In this document: one piece after another, positions 49,601-60,248 of the stretch
Position numbering within the stretch: the first letter of the stretch is position 1
Layout of the letters: every line of letters starts with the position of its first letter
Origin: Nageia nagi
Taxonomy: Eukaryota > Plantae > Pinophyta
Length of the DNA stretch: 64,000 nt
Assembly (NCBI GenBank): GCA_050084985.1
Contig: JBITNC010000002.1
Coordinates: 5,890,001 to 5,954,000, forward strand
Direction: 5' to 3'
Made by a program: the position numbers and the translations under genes
The notes under the pieces: model-generated
The model's input: only the letters and a program-made list of their open reading frames with translations
What the model was told of the DNA's origin: nothing
The model's database searches: none

Positions 49601-52600
49601 GAAATCAGAAGTCATCAAGACAAAATCATGAACCAATGCATGCCAAGGTTCAACAAGAAGTGCAACCCATTCATCCCATTTATCTTTCACACCATGTTCC
49701 AAGTATGCACAAGTGTCCCAGTAAAGTGTGGAATTAGTCTCTTTTTTGCTGTTCCAAAACTTCATCAACAAGGCAACTATAATCCCTTGAATTCTTTCAG
49801 TTATGATACATTTTTGTTGGCTATCCCAACTGTCTAAATGGCTGAGAATGTCATGTGGGACTGTGAGGTGACAAGTGTACCAATTGTCCACATTTCCTAC
49901 TGCAATTTTTCTGATTTCTTTATCAGATTCATAGGTTGCCATTAAATGAGAATTTTGCGCAATTTTTTCCACATATAAGGCCCCAAAAGTCAACTCCAAA
50001 TCCCAAAACAGAATCAGCAATGTGTATACCAATGAAAGCCACAAAACAAGATCGAAAGATACCAAATATAACCATGAAAAAATATCCTTCTTTGCAACGT
50101 TCCATGTAGGGAGTGTTCTACACCTCCTACCATGCATCCACATGAGAAAAATCAGCATTTTATTTGAAGGAACCATGGCTGAAATAAATTTACCTTCACA
50201 TGAAATATCAAGGAGTTGTCCTCCCTCCATGTACTTGTAGGAAACCTCCAAAATTTTGCATGCATCTTTGGATGTGTTTTCCTTGATTCCTTACAACACC
50301 ATACCCTTGCCAACAAGCACAAATTTTAGTTCCAATTTCTGATAATTGGTAACATAATCACCAAGAGACCAAATCCATTGGACTCCCAAATCCATATGAG
50401 GCACACCACCCAACAAAGAATTGCTCATCACCCTCATAGTTTCCAAAATTGATTTTTATATTCTTCATTGCTTTATTGCAAGGAATGAGATCACCAAAGG
50501 GCTCAATTTGGAAATCTCTCCTAACTCCACTCAAACTGTCACTAACTGAAAATTCTCCAATGCAATTATTATGTACTTCATTGATTTCATTCCCAAGAAG
50601 TGTACAAAATGAAGTATTTTGGGTCTCTTTCAAACATACCTCATGTGAAAGAGTGACATCTCTATCACAAATCTGAATGCAATCAGTCATGCAAGATGAA
50701 CCATGCTCCAATGTTGAAATGTCTTCATTATGTTCTCTTTCAAAATTTTCTATTTGGCCCTCTTCTTCTTTTTCAAGGGTGGGAACAACTTCAGAATTTC
50801 CTACACAAATTATCTCAAGCTCTTCTTTTTGATGGACAATTTTAGTTTTTTCCACATTCCTCCTTTGAAACCTGTTCAAAACCCTAACACAAAATTCATC
50901 AAATGTATCAATATCACCATGGCCTTGGGTTACTAACCCATGATGCCACCATAAGTAAGCACTACCCTCAAGGTGGAGTGTAGCAATTTGAACTGCATCA
51001 GCTCCAGAAATAGGCTCCAAGGTAAAATAAGTTTGCAATTTTTGAAGCCATGCCCTAGCTATGAGACCATCTTGACCATTAAATGAGGGAATGGTCACCT
51101 TTCGATGCAATAAGGGTTTCTTTTTCTCTTTTTTAGCCTCAACAACAGATTTACCCACAATATTCAAATATTTATCAAAAGAAACTACTGCCATAAAACC
51201 TTCAGATTTATTAATATAAGCAGCAAACCATTCATCTAATTCATCAGTTACCTCATCTTCCTCTAGTAAAGGTGGTGGAACAAGAAACATAGGCTTGGAC
51301 GGCCTAGGCAAGGGAGTGTGTGAGTTAGATGATGACTCATGCCCATTTGTTGTAGCCTCTCCTTTCTCCTTCCCTCCTTGTACCATTTGGGTTGCCCAAA
51401 GCTACCCTCAATTCTTGTTGATTTGTCTCTTGTAAGGACACCATTCTTTGCAACATGTCAAGTAGGGCATCAAACTTTTGCTCATTCTCTTTTCTCCTGA
51501 ATAGTTCCATGATCCACTCTTTGCAAACATCAACCTTCAAAACCTTATTTGTGCAATTCCTGAAAAATAGGTCAAAAATCATAGGAAATGCTAGATTTCA
51601 TATCAAAAAAAAATTCAACATTTTTTCTGAAGGTGGCAATGAGAAGTAGAGCTTAATGGGTGCTCAAATCTATCCGACAAATACATCTAACTAGCTGAAT
51701 CTTCAAAAACGTCACCTTCCTTTTTTCCTCTGAAAAACCCTTCTAGAACCTTAAAACGGTTTCCAAAGACTCAAAAATGCTCCTAAGGGTCAGGAACTTG
51801 ACTTAGCATATTAAATCTGATGCTAAGAGTCCAAAATCCACCATAAATGACCCCTCAAAATAGGGTTTCCTGATATGGACGAATTTGAGGTTTCTTTTCT
51901 ACAACCAATCAAATCACAAAAAAACCCTAAATCTGAAATTTCTGAAATCTTACCCAAAAAAATTTTGAAACCAAAGATTTGCAATTTGGTGAAAAGGGTA
52001 TCCAAATCTACAATTTTTATTTTCACAAAAAAAAATCCCTAAAAATCCGCGATTTTCACTAGGGCATAAATTTTCACCACAAAAAAACACTTTTCAACAT
52101 GGATCTGAATTACCCACAAAAAATTTTTTGAAAGCCCTAATTTTTCTGAAAACCCTAATTCAAAAAACTCGAAAACTGAGATACCCACAACTGCCAAAAC
52201 TCAGAAAAATAGACACTGACCACAGGCTGGCCAGATTCCAGCTCTAATATATATATATATATATATAGATAGATATTTTCTAGCAAACCCTCAACATAAA
52301 AATGCAGAGATAAATTGCAGCAATAAAACAACTCAAAAATTGCTCATAAAATAACACGAGGAGAAATCAGCCAGTATCATTTATTAAATATTGCCAAACC
52401 AATACAACAGCTGAAATGGACAAATGGAGTCCCCAAGGAATTCAAAATGCAGATACAAACTCCTACAAGTGGGACAAACTAACCCCAAGGCTGAACTAAT
52501 GCAAAAACTCCTCAAAAATGACCCCAAATACAAGCATAGGGTTTGGAGCTGCCAACAAGTCTGAAACACATGTCACAAACGCTCCCAAAAATGCCACGAA

Positions 52601-55600
52601 CACTCACAGATGCCTCTTTTTGTATTTTTGATATTTTAGGGCAGCAATATCTTCAATGATATTGCCAAAACCCCAACCATGCACCTCCAATGCACTATGG
52701 GAATGAGCAAGACCTTCAATCTCAACTCATGGAAACTCTAGGGTTTCAATATTCAATTCTGATATCAACATAACATGCCCAAAATGGAACTCTCACTTCC
52801 TTTTATATGATGAGGTTCTATTTTTGCATTGACATTTCCAAAACCCTAAAATCACTTAAAGCCTTATTTCAACTTTATAACATAAAGAAATAATAATTAA
52901 AACTAATGTTATGTCTCCTAACACATTGCTCCCTTTTTTTATTATTTATTTACTAAGTGTAGGAGACAAAACTAATTATTTCAATTTTGGGACATTACAA
53001 CTACATCCTCCAAGTCTTTCATGTCATATTCATCTAACTACTCTCTCACCTGTTCCATCATTGTCTCCATTGGGTTACTCCCACGCATAGAAGCATATTG
53101 TCCAACTAGCTCCTCATTGCCTAAGGGATATTGCGTAGATGTGGATTCACCTCATCTTTTCCTCTTAAGAGATGACAACCATTTATCTATTCTCTCTTCT
53201 ACCATCACTTGCTTCTTGCAATTGAGCAGGAATCCTCTTCATCTCCACCTCACTACTCACATTTCTAAATAATTCTTCTCCTTCGAGTGGCCTATAATTA
53301 TATGCCCTCTTTCACTCCTTCATGTAGAAATTGTGAATTTTTGTGATCCAGGTCATAGTGATCTAAGGCATTCACCTTCGTGAAATTGTATATTTCAAGT
53401 TCTTGCATAGTATTAGCATATGCCCAAGACCTGCATTGGTACTCTCCCACTATCATCAATAAGTTGGTGGTTACCGACTTCTTGTGCCACACATGCTCAT
53501 GCAAGAAGTCCAACTACCTCATCATCTCGATCATGATTAATTTGTTGCTAACATATCTAAGAAATTGGTATGGTTCCACGGAAGACCCATAGATCCTTAA
53601 GTAGGAGTAATTTTGATTTTGGATAAAGAAATCTCCATGCTTCTTCAACGAATCTTGATCTAAATTGGATATTCACGTAACTGTAACTTCTCCCTTCAAC
53701 TCCTTGTAAATCTCATACTCCCAACCATCATTCCTCATGAGGAAGTTGTCCCATCTTCTCTCTATTTTTGAGAGGCCTTCCTCCTTCGGAGATGCCTTCC
53801 CGAATGAGCACAACGCCCGATCAAGGACAAATGCATCACATCATTTTTCCAAGATCCCTCTCCTAAAGAAGCTCACAGGAGAGATCGAGACGAGACTACT
53901 CAGCCACTTCGACGAACCAGGAGATGTGTTCAATGCACTCTAACCACATCGTCAACATAACAAACCACATCCTTCTTCTCGATCATCAGCAGTACCACAG
54001 ACATATCTAGCATAGTTCATCGACAACCCTCTTCGATACAAAGAGTACCACAATACTCTCCCACCGAAGAGGCCCAGGACGACCTCCCTTTGGTGGTTCT
54101 AGATGATGTTTCCCCTACCTTCTAGGGTTGGGACCTTTATGTGATTGTATTCATTTATGTCATTTTCTATGCTTTTAGGTTTTTCTCTAGTTGCTACCCA
54201 TCTTGGGTTTTGCTGGCATCATGAGCATGATTGTACTTGGCAGTCCCATTGATCGCTTTTATTCATCTATGGTCATTATATACTTTCTTTCTTTCTCAAC
54301 TCTCCATTTGGGATAGCATTTCCTCACTGCATAAGTCGCCTTATGTATCAAGGCTTCATCGCCAGAAGTTGTCAGTCTATACTTGCCATGGAGTAGCAAG
54401 TACACTAGGTAAGAGTTCATATAGAACTTCTTGGTGGTGGCCATTGATGATAGGTGCTTGGTGAGAGTGTCACTTATAACCTTACTCCATTTGATTCTCT
54501 TCCCTTTATTCATTTCCATGATGAAGCCAAAGAACTCCTTCCTAAATTTGTTGTTATCCTCCTTCCCAAGTACTCTAGACAACATAGTGATCATCCTGTC
54601 AATGGAGGGGTAGAAGTTGGTGCGTTTAGCATTGATGAGAGTGTTGCCTTTCAACTCTTGATGTTCTTCAAACATCTAATCTTTAATCATGACAACTGCT
54701 TTGCTTGTGGCTTGATAATGGGAGAGTGATATCGCTTCACTATACTCATAGTGTCCTTCTCCTGACCACTGAAATGCTTCTTTTATTTCCTTCGAGCTGA
54801 AATCCATGATCACTTATCTTGTGATATCTCTAAGCACCCTCTCACCAATTTTCCAATGTTGGCTCACTTCTATGCACAACTCTGAAATGGGACTGGGAAG
54901 GAGATGGTAGCAGCCATTGCAAGACCTGAAAACATGACGTCCTTTTTCAACACATTGATGTCTATACTTTTGACCTTCTCCTTTATCTGGATGGGCTCAA
55001 TGTTCTGCTGGTCTATGTCTCCAATGGTGGCAAACCCATTCTTAGTGACTTAGCGCCTTGCTTCAAGGGCTCTTGTCTCTCACACATGTCAATGATGCTA
55101 TCCTTCTTCAACCACTCAAGATTAATGGCATACCCCTTGGCCACACTACTCCTTGAGTTTGTCATCTTGGGGGTGTGCAACAAGATGGTGCCTTATTGGA
55201 ATCCCACGCAAGCCTTCTTGGATGAAATCTCGAAATGATGCCCTAACCCTCTAGATCACCCACGCAAGCTTGGAAAAAAGAAAATTTCGATTGGATGCCC
55301 TAGTTCTCCCCTTCTTCTCCTTGGAGTAGGTGTTGAAGAGCGAATAATTGAATTTGCAAAAAATGAGCCTAAAACTCGCTTATTTATAGCAAAATATTAG
55401 GTTTTCAAAACCCTAGTCAGCCAAGTTTCAAAGAAAAATAATCCTATCCGTCCAAAAGGTCGACCTTGAGATGTGTGCTGACCCAAAACTTGAAAATTTC
55501 CAACTTGAAACTTGGCACAAGGGAATGAGGGGGTCTTCTGGGCTTGCAAACGCCAAAAACAAACATGATTTTGTCTTTTTTTTTTCATGCGCTAGGTTTG

Positions 55601-58600
55601 GGGCTCCTTAACATTTCGATGCAAGTTTCTCCAATTCCATGACTCGCCTTTCTCATCCTTGCACCACTCTTATAGCCTCAAGTTGCTCATAATTCCATCT
55701 TTTCCTGAGCCTAGACTTATCAAAAAATTTTCTCAAACTCCTCCAAGACTCCTCTCAGATTTGGGGGCATGCTACCAAATCACCTACCTATCTTTTTTTT
55801 CCATGCGCCAGTCTTCCTAGTCTCTCTAGTTTGGGTGCATGCCAAAAAAAATCACTTCCATGTCTTTTTTCTCATGCATTAGCCTTCTTTTGCCCAATTT
55901 TACTTGTTTAGGGCCTTCAGGTGCAAGACTTAGCCAAAATTCCACCTTTCATTTCAACTTGAGTTCCTCCTTGGCTAGGCACATGCCACAAAAAGTCACA
56001 ATTTTGTCTTTTGGGAGCATGCACTAGCCTTCCTGGACCCTTATTTGTTTGATTTTGCACTTGAATGTTCATGCTTTAGCTGATCTTCTCTTTGAGCTCA
56101 ACCTGTGTGCTCCTGGCTAGCTGGCGCATGCCAGAAAAAGAGAAGATTTTGTCTTCTAAAGGCAATGCGTTGGGTCTCTAGGAGAGCTCGTTTGGTTCCT
56201 CCACTTCAAAACTTCATCCTACCACTTTTCCTGGCTAGGTACATCCTAGAAAAAGACAAGATTTTGACTTTTTTCCTCATGCGTTGGGCATTAGGGTCTT
56301 CCAATTTGCTTTTCTCGACTTGGAAGGCTTCCTCCCTTAGGCGCATGCCAAAAAAAAAGACCAAAACATGACTTTTTCAATCATGCGTTTAAAGGCTTCT
56401 TTACACTTCACTCAAGTCTAAACTTGACCTGGGTTCCCTACTTTTACCTAAACTCAACTTCTTAATTCCTAACTTAGTCATTTTTGAGAAATTTTCGATT
56501 TTTGTTACCATGGCTAGGACATGACATTGCTTGAGCAAAAGCATTTAGGGTCCCCAAAATCGCAAGACTTTGGGGCATGTTGTGTTAGTCACAACAAAGT
56601 CCATATCTCAATTTTGCCACATTATAGATATAGATGCTGAAAAATGGTGAAATTATGAGTCTACCCTCAAAAATCAAAGCAATCAAACATGATATAGATG
56701 TTGCAGATGATAACTTTCAGCAAGGCTCTCCTTCCTACTCACTCTACCTATCTTGAGTCTCTCCAAGTGAGTGAGCAATTGAAGACACTTTTTTCTTATA
56801 GTTTGGTTGAAAAGCTATCTAAATGCGAGAAAGCCTTTGGAATATAAACAACTAAACCACCAAGTGAAACAATTTGTATTGTCCAACAAAAATGAAAGCA
56901 TCAAATTCAAGGTTCCTCTCTCAAGGTTTACAATAGTAAGCATAGTAGACAATCCCAATTAAGGGGACAAACAAAATCTCTTTTGCATAAGACATAAAAG
57001 AAAAGATCATGAAGCTAATAAATGTCGTACACCATGGGATAAGATAGAAAATTAGAAGCCTAAGCATGACAAAGGAAAGCATCATGAATTAGCTCACAAT
57101 GTGATTGATCATTGCCATTTTGAAGTTGATGGTGATGCCCTTGTCACATTTGACTATGCAAATCAAAATTCCTATGCCATCTAGTATGATGCATGACTTG
57201 TGGACACTGGATTGACCAAACACATGACTTTCGGTCAAGACTTCTTTGAGGAGTTTGATAAGAATGTCATTGGCACGATTTATTTGGCACATAAAGCATA
57301 CATTGCTCCTTCAATAATTGGTACCATCAAGCTCAAATTGCCTAGACTCCTGGATTTCCTACTATGGGATGTATTCTACCTTCCCCGACTATATAGAAAC
57401 TTGTTGTCTCTAGTGCTCATTTGACGACAAGGCCGTTCCATTCACATGAATAAACGAGAAACTCATACAATCAGATTGTCATGCTTGGTTGGGAAAATGA
57501 TCAGAGGAGCAAGACTAACAGAATTTGAGAGAGCAACCAAGTAACCTTTTTATTATTGAAAATGAGCTATAAAATGTACATCCTCCATAAGCAGGAGTGG
57601 GAGTTAGGGCTCCCACAATAATAATAAATAAACTATTATTAATCAACATTTAGATAAACCTACATTAGCTCTTTAATAATGTTAATATTAAATTAACATT
57701 ATTAATATTTATTCATGCTAGATATCTAATATCTGACTATACATAATGTATTATTATTTATAACAAGCACATGCAAGACTTTTTTATATTTGACAAAACA
57801 AGGTATGCTTTCATTAAGCCTTCTATGGCACACAAGATTTGGGCACCTCAATTATGCTAGTCTTCGCACACTACAAAAAAATGGTATTACAAGTTTACCC
57901 AAGCCACCAGGTAAGTTTCATAAATGTGAGGCTTGCATTCTTGCTAAACATCATAAAATGTCATTTTCATAATCCACCTGATGAAATAGATGAAAGTTAG
58001 AAATTCATACATTCAAATTTGTTAGGAAACTAGTAGAACTAAAAAGGAGTTTTGCCCCGAACACCGCAAAAAATACTGAAATACGAAATAACCACAAACT
58101 CGCAATGCATCAAGTAAAGCAAATGGAACAAGATACTCAGATTAATAACAGAACAAAATAACTTTAATGATAGCAATACGAATCACAAGCCGCTTCGAAG
58201 GGGCTTCATCCTTACAACTCAAAAAAGACAAATGATTTTCCAAGATGCTCTCTTTACCCCTCTTCCAAGTATTTATTGTCCTCCTTCACTAACTGGCAGT
58301 TTACATTCAAAATGGCATTTCGCCTTACAAAATATGATGGTCCACATTACAAGCCGATGGAGAATCATATCTATATTGCTTGGAGCCGAATGTTTCTGAC
58401 TAAACTAGAAAGTATCCATTTTCTAATTGCTAATCTAGATTCTAGATGCAAGAGGATTCATGAAAGATTAACAGATTTTAAGCAAACAAGTTTACCACCT
58501 TTTATTCTTGTGCTAGCATTCAACGTTAATTGATTATTCCATTACTGGATCTGGTCATGATTTTTTACTTTTAGTACGATTACAGGAATGTTTCAGTCTT

Positions 58601-60248
58601 ACTGCTAGAGTATGGCACCTTTTGCCTTTTCCAATTTGCAGGCATGTTTACTATGGTTGGGCCCAAATTATTACAGAGAAACTCAAGTGAGGGAATAAAA
58701 ACTCCATCTCTAGGATCCTTTTAGTAGATAAATCAAGCAGAGGTTACCAAAATGCAGCTTAGATAACCTGGCGAGAATATATTAAGAAAAGCTAAAATTA
58801 GATGACACAAATGACATTGCACCTTCTAGTGTTATTTCCAGTATGTAAAAATGAAGCATAAATTTGAAAAGAGTTGTTGCACTTTGGGATCCTCATGGAA
58901 ACTGCTGAAATATGAGCTCTAAACTAGACACATTTTCAAAATACATTTTAACAATAATCACTTCCATTGGTATTGATCTCTTATGGAGTACATGCATAGG
59001 GAAGTTTGACCTTTGTATCTATGGATCTCACATTGGAAGTGATACCCACACACAAGATGAAGATGATAAAATGAAATCCATGTGTATCTTTTACGAAGAT
59101 GTAATGTGTACTTGGACCCTTGTTTTCAAAAATGTCCTAGAATGAATCTAATGACAAACTATCGTAACTCCCACAAAATTTTAGTAAAAGTGCTTGCTAG
59201 AAGGATCAAGTTCCTTAAGGTGCAGATAGTTCAAACACAGTACAACAGGTTTACAAAATGAAAATTTACCTTGATAAATTTATAAAAATCTGGGAAGGTG
59301 TGAACAAGTGAATAAATCTGGCAAAGGTGTTGAATGAACTCCAAGTGGATTTATTTACAAAGATGGGGCATGTATTTGGACTCTCCTTTTCATAAATGTC
59401 CTAGAATAAATCCCATGCTGACTTGAGGATCTACGAGGAAGATAGTAGAAGAACGGTGTCTTACTACATCCCGGAATGTTTCCCAAAACATTCTAGTAAA
59501 ATTCATAACAGCGCAGATGTTTCCAAGAGAATAGAACAACTTTAAAAAGAAAAAAATTGCCTTGACAAATTTATAAAAATCTGGGAAGGTGTTGAATGTG
59601 GATTCAAATTGAACTTGCCCTTTTCGTTAGGCCTTCCCCCCTTTTTCCATACGGCTTCCGTGACTCTGTTTTTGCAAGCCCTTGCACTGATAAATAATAA
59701 GCTTATATTTAATAACAAAGAGTAAGGCAGAAGTCATTTTTAGGTCATCCAAGACAGCATGTCTATAGGGATTCTTGTGAGACGTAGGAACTTTCTCGTT
59801 ACCCTATATTGATTAGTTTAATTTTGCCATCATGTGTTTCAACCCTTTGACCAAGATGTAGTGATTCAATTCATCTAAGTCTTGTGTCATTGAAATGGAT
59901 GCTCTTATCTACTTCACAACAAAAATCTCATGCAATAGAAATCTAAGAAACATAATCTAAGCAAATGATTATGAAACCCAGGCAAATACTATGGAAAACA
60001 ACTTCTACAAAGCGATGAAAATAAGTTAGCAGTAGGATATTGACATGGACTACGCAAGAAAAAGTTTCACATCTTAAATCTTTTGAAAATAAGCTAAATT
60101 AAAGAACAAAGTAAATTCTGCAAATATTCTCAAGATAAGCATTCATTTATCAGTAATATAATACATGTAATCAAGCCTACTTACCATGCTCCATCCTTCG
60201 ATGATTTAGCTTCAAACTCAAGTTCAGGAATATCCAAAGCCTGCTCAC
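19563..60248 (-). CDS. SHH1: SAWADEE homeodomain homolog (SHH1/SHH2 family) gene, 5'-partial; join(60248-60185,40083-40032,20101-19958,19840-19721,19607-19563), ~141 aa visible
   Basis: Manual splicing gives (G)[140 protein letters not shown], a complete SAWADEE domain. All introns are GT-AG, phases are compatible and there are no internal stops. Paralog assignment (SHH1, SHH2 or another clade) is uncertain. Confidence 0.93.
19721..19840 (-). CDS. SHH1: SHH exon (120 nt): [40 protein letters not shown]
   Basis: accag|GAA...GAG|gtatat; HDxxxCxC zinc-binding motif. Confidence 0.95.
19958..20101 (-). CDS. SHH1: SHH exon (144 nt): [48 protein letters not shown]
   Basis: atcag|GAA...CGG|gtatca; overlaps ORF 19880..20092; SAWADEE core. 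Confidence 0.95.
24297..30406 (-). mobile_element. Non-autonomous gypsy-type LTR element (6.1 kb): gag plus long unknown ORF, no recognisable pol
   Basis: LTRs 24297-25417 and 29241-30406; TSD GCTTC/GCTTT; PBS TGGTATCAGA on the minus strand at ~29230-29239; PPT at ~25418-25433; gag VPMFNG...WLQKM.TYF...LHLEG.AHEWW. Confidence 0.9.
30498..30851. repeat. 177-bp in-frame tandem duplication within the decayed gypsy RT region
   Basis: agaaacatcaaa recurs at 30498 and 30675; duplicated peptide WEQxxEHEKQVH...LMFL in ORF 30446..30925. Confidence 0.9.
31750..32810. mobile_element. Solo LTR (1061 bp)
   Basis: TGTAAT...ATTACA termini with perfect 5-bp TSD TAAAC. Confidence 0.88.
32861..34340 (-). mobile_element. 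TRIM-like small LTR element; ~180 bp direct repeats at ~33070-33241 and ~34160-34340
   Basis: Both repeats end in ttttctaac(a/g), and the left one is followed by ttatccccc (PPT on the minus strand). No clean TSD or PBS. Confidence 0.5.
35842..39540 (+). mobile_element. Internally deleted Ty1/copia (gag, integrase stub, RT C-terminus, RNase H)
   Basis: LTRs 35842-36152 and ~38726-39540 (interrupted); PBS TGGTATCAAAGC at 36153; G-rich PPT at ~38713; TSD AAAAA; motifs [28 protein letters not shown] and RTKHIEIR. Confidence 0.9.
38820..39294 (-). mobile_element. 5'-truncated non-LTR retro-insert (LINE 3' end or SINE) inside the copia 3' LTR
   Basis: Perfect 16-bp TSD TGCATAAATATATAAT (38804-38819 and 39295-39310); poly-T at the left end is a poly(A) tail on the minus strand; absent from the 5' LTR. 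Confidence 0.85.
40032..40083 (-). CDS. SHH1: SHH exon (52 nt): [18 protein letters not shown]
   Basis: Minus strand cacag|G TAT GAT GTT...GAA CCG|gtaagt; completes the split Trp codon from the previous exon. Confidence 0.92.
40860..42060 (+). mobile_element. Decayed short LTR retroelement remnant
   Basis: ...TGACA at 41116-41120 followed by PBS TGGTGTCAGAGC at 41122-41133; purine-rich tract ~42020-42055; no recognisable coding domain. Confidence 0.5.
42065..42140. repeat. Perfect 30-bp direct duplication ATTAGCATGATCTTGAGTTTAAATCCCATT
   Basis: Copies at 42065-42094 and 42111-42140. Confidence 0.85.
42880..43957 (-). repeat. Gypsy-type LTR related to the solo LTR at 45898-47090
   Basis: Shared blocks ggatctggatctca...ccaacgttagcctcc and ccactt.g.gctcaca...ttctatcccaag; ends GGGGACATCATA followed by a PPT-like antisense tract; left edge uncertain. 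Confidence 0.6.
45898..47090. mobile_element. Solo LTR (1193 bp)
   Basis: TGTAAAATC...GATGTTACA termini with perfect TSD CTTGG. Confidence 0.88.
47261..52999 (-). mobile_element. Non-autonomous gypsy-type LTR element (5.7 kb): gag plus long unknown ORF, no recognisable pol
   Basis: LTRs 47261-48013 and ~52247-52999; TSD GCTAC/ACTAC; PPT at ~48014-48030; gag ORF 50358..51386 (IPSFNG...WLQKLQTYF...[11 protein letters not shown]); terminal [16 protein letters not shown]. Confidence 0.9.
55380..55388 (-). promoter_or_regulatory. TATA box candidate (TATAAATAA) upstream of the accessory ORF
   Basis: ttatttata on the plus strand, ~250 bp upstream of the accessory ORF region. Confidence 0.35.
55540..56390. 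repeat. Array of ~7 palindromic ~50 bp units (GCGCATG-CCAAAAAAGAC...GTCTTTTT-CATGCGC)
   Basis: Units near 55550 (partial), 55765, 55833, 55973, 56122, 56236 and 56340. Confidence 0.75.
56940..58019 (+). mobile_element. Decayed Ty1/copia fragment (gag knuckle, protease, GAG-pre-integrase), with small insertions
   Basis: [10 protein letters not shown]...[13 protein letters not shown] (57200..57424); [10 protein letters not shown]...[11 protein letters not shown] (57790..57972); cut at 58020 by an LTR-like TGTTAGG. Confidence 0.8.
59150..59620 (+). mobile_element. L1-clade LINE RT fragment, locally duplicated
   Basis: [17 protein letters not shown]...IWEG resembles L1 YKILAKALARRIK...IWEG; aaatttataaaaatctgggaaggtgt occurs at ~59276 and ~59567. 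Confidence 0.65.
60185..60248 (-). CDS. SHH1: SHH exon (64 nt): [22 protein letters not shown], start of the SAWADEE domain
   Basis: Minus strand aaacag|GT GAG CAG...GGA GCA TG|gtaagt; FEAKS..DGAW motif. Confidence 0.92.

Larger units (their letters stand above)
44560..55130 (-). pseudogene. Decayed retroelement accessory ORF (N-terminal plant-transposon-protein-like domain, C-terminal coiled coil), interrupted twice
   Basis: ORF pieces 54259..54675 (...[11 protein letters not shown]...[12 protein letters not shown]), 53298..53513, 45136..45666 and 44483..44689 become contiguous after removing 45898-47090 and 47261-52999. Confidence 0.6.

Noticed and set aside
20102-60184. Near-equal length of the two giant introns as evidence of duplication
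   Set aside because: Their TE contents are different and not colinear, so the similarity is most likely coincidence.
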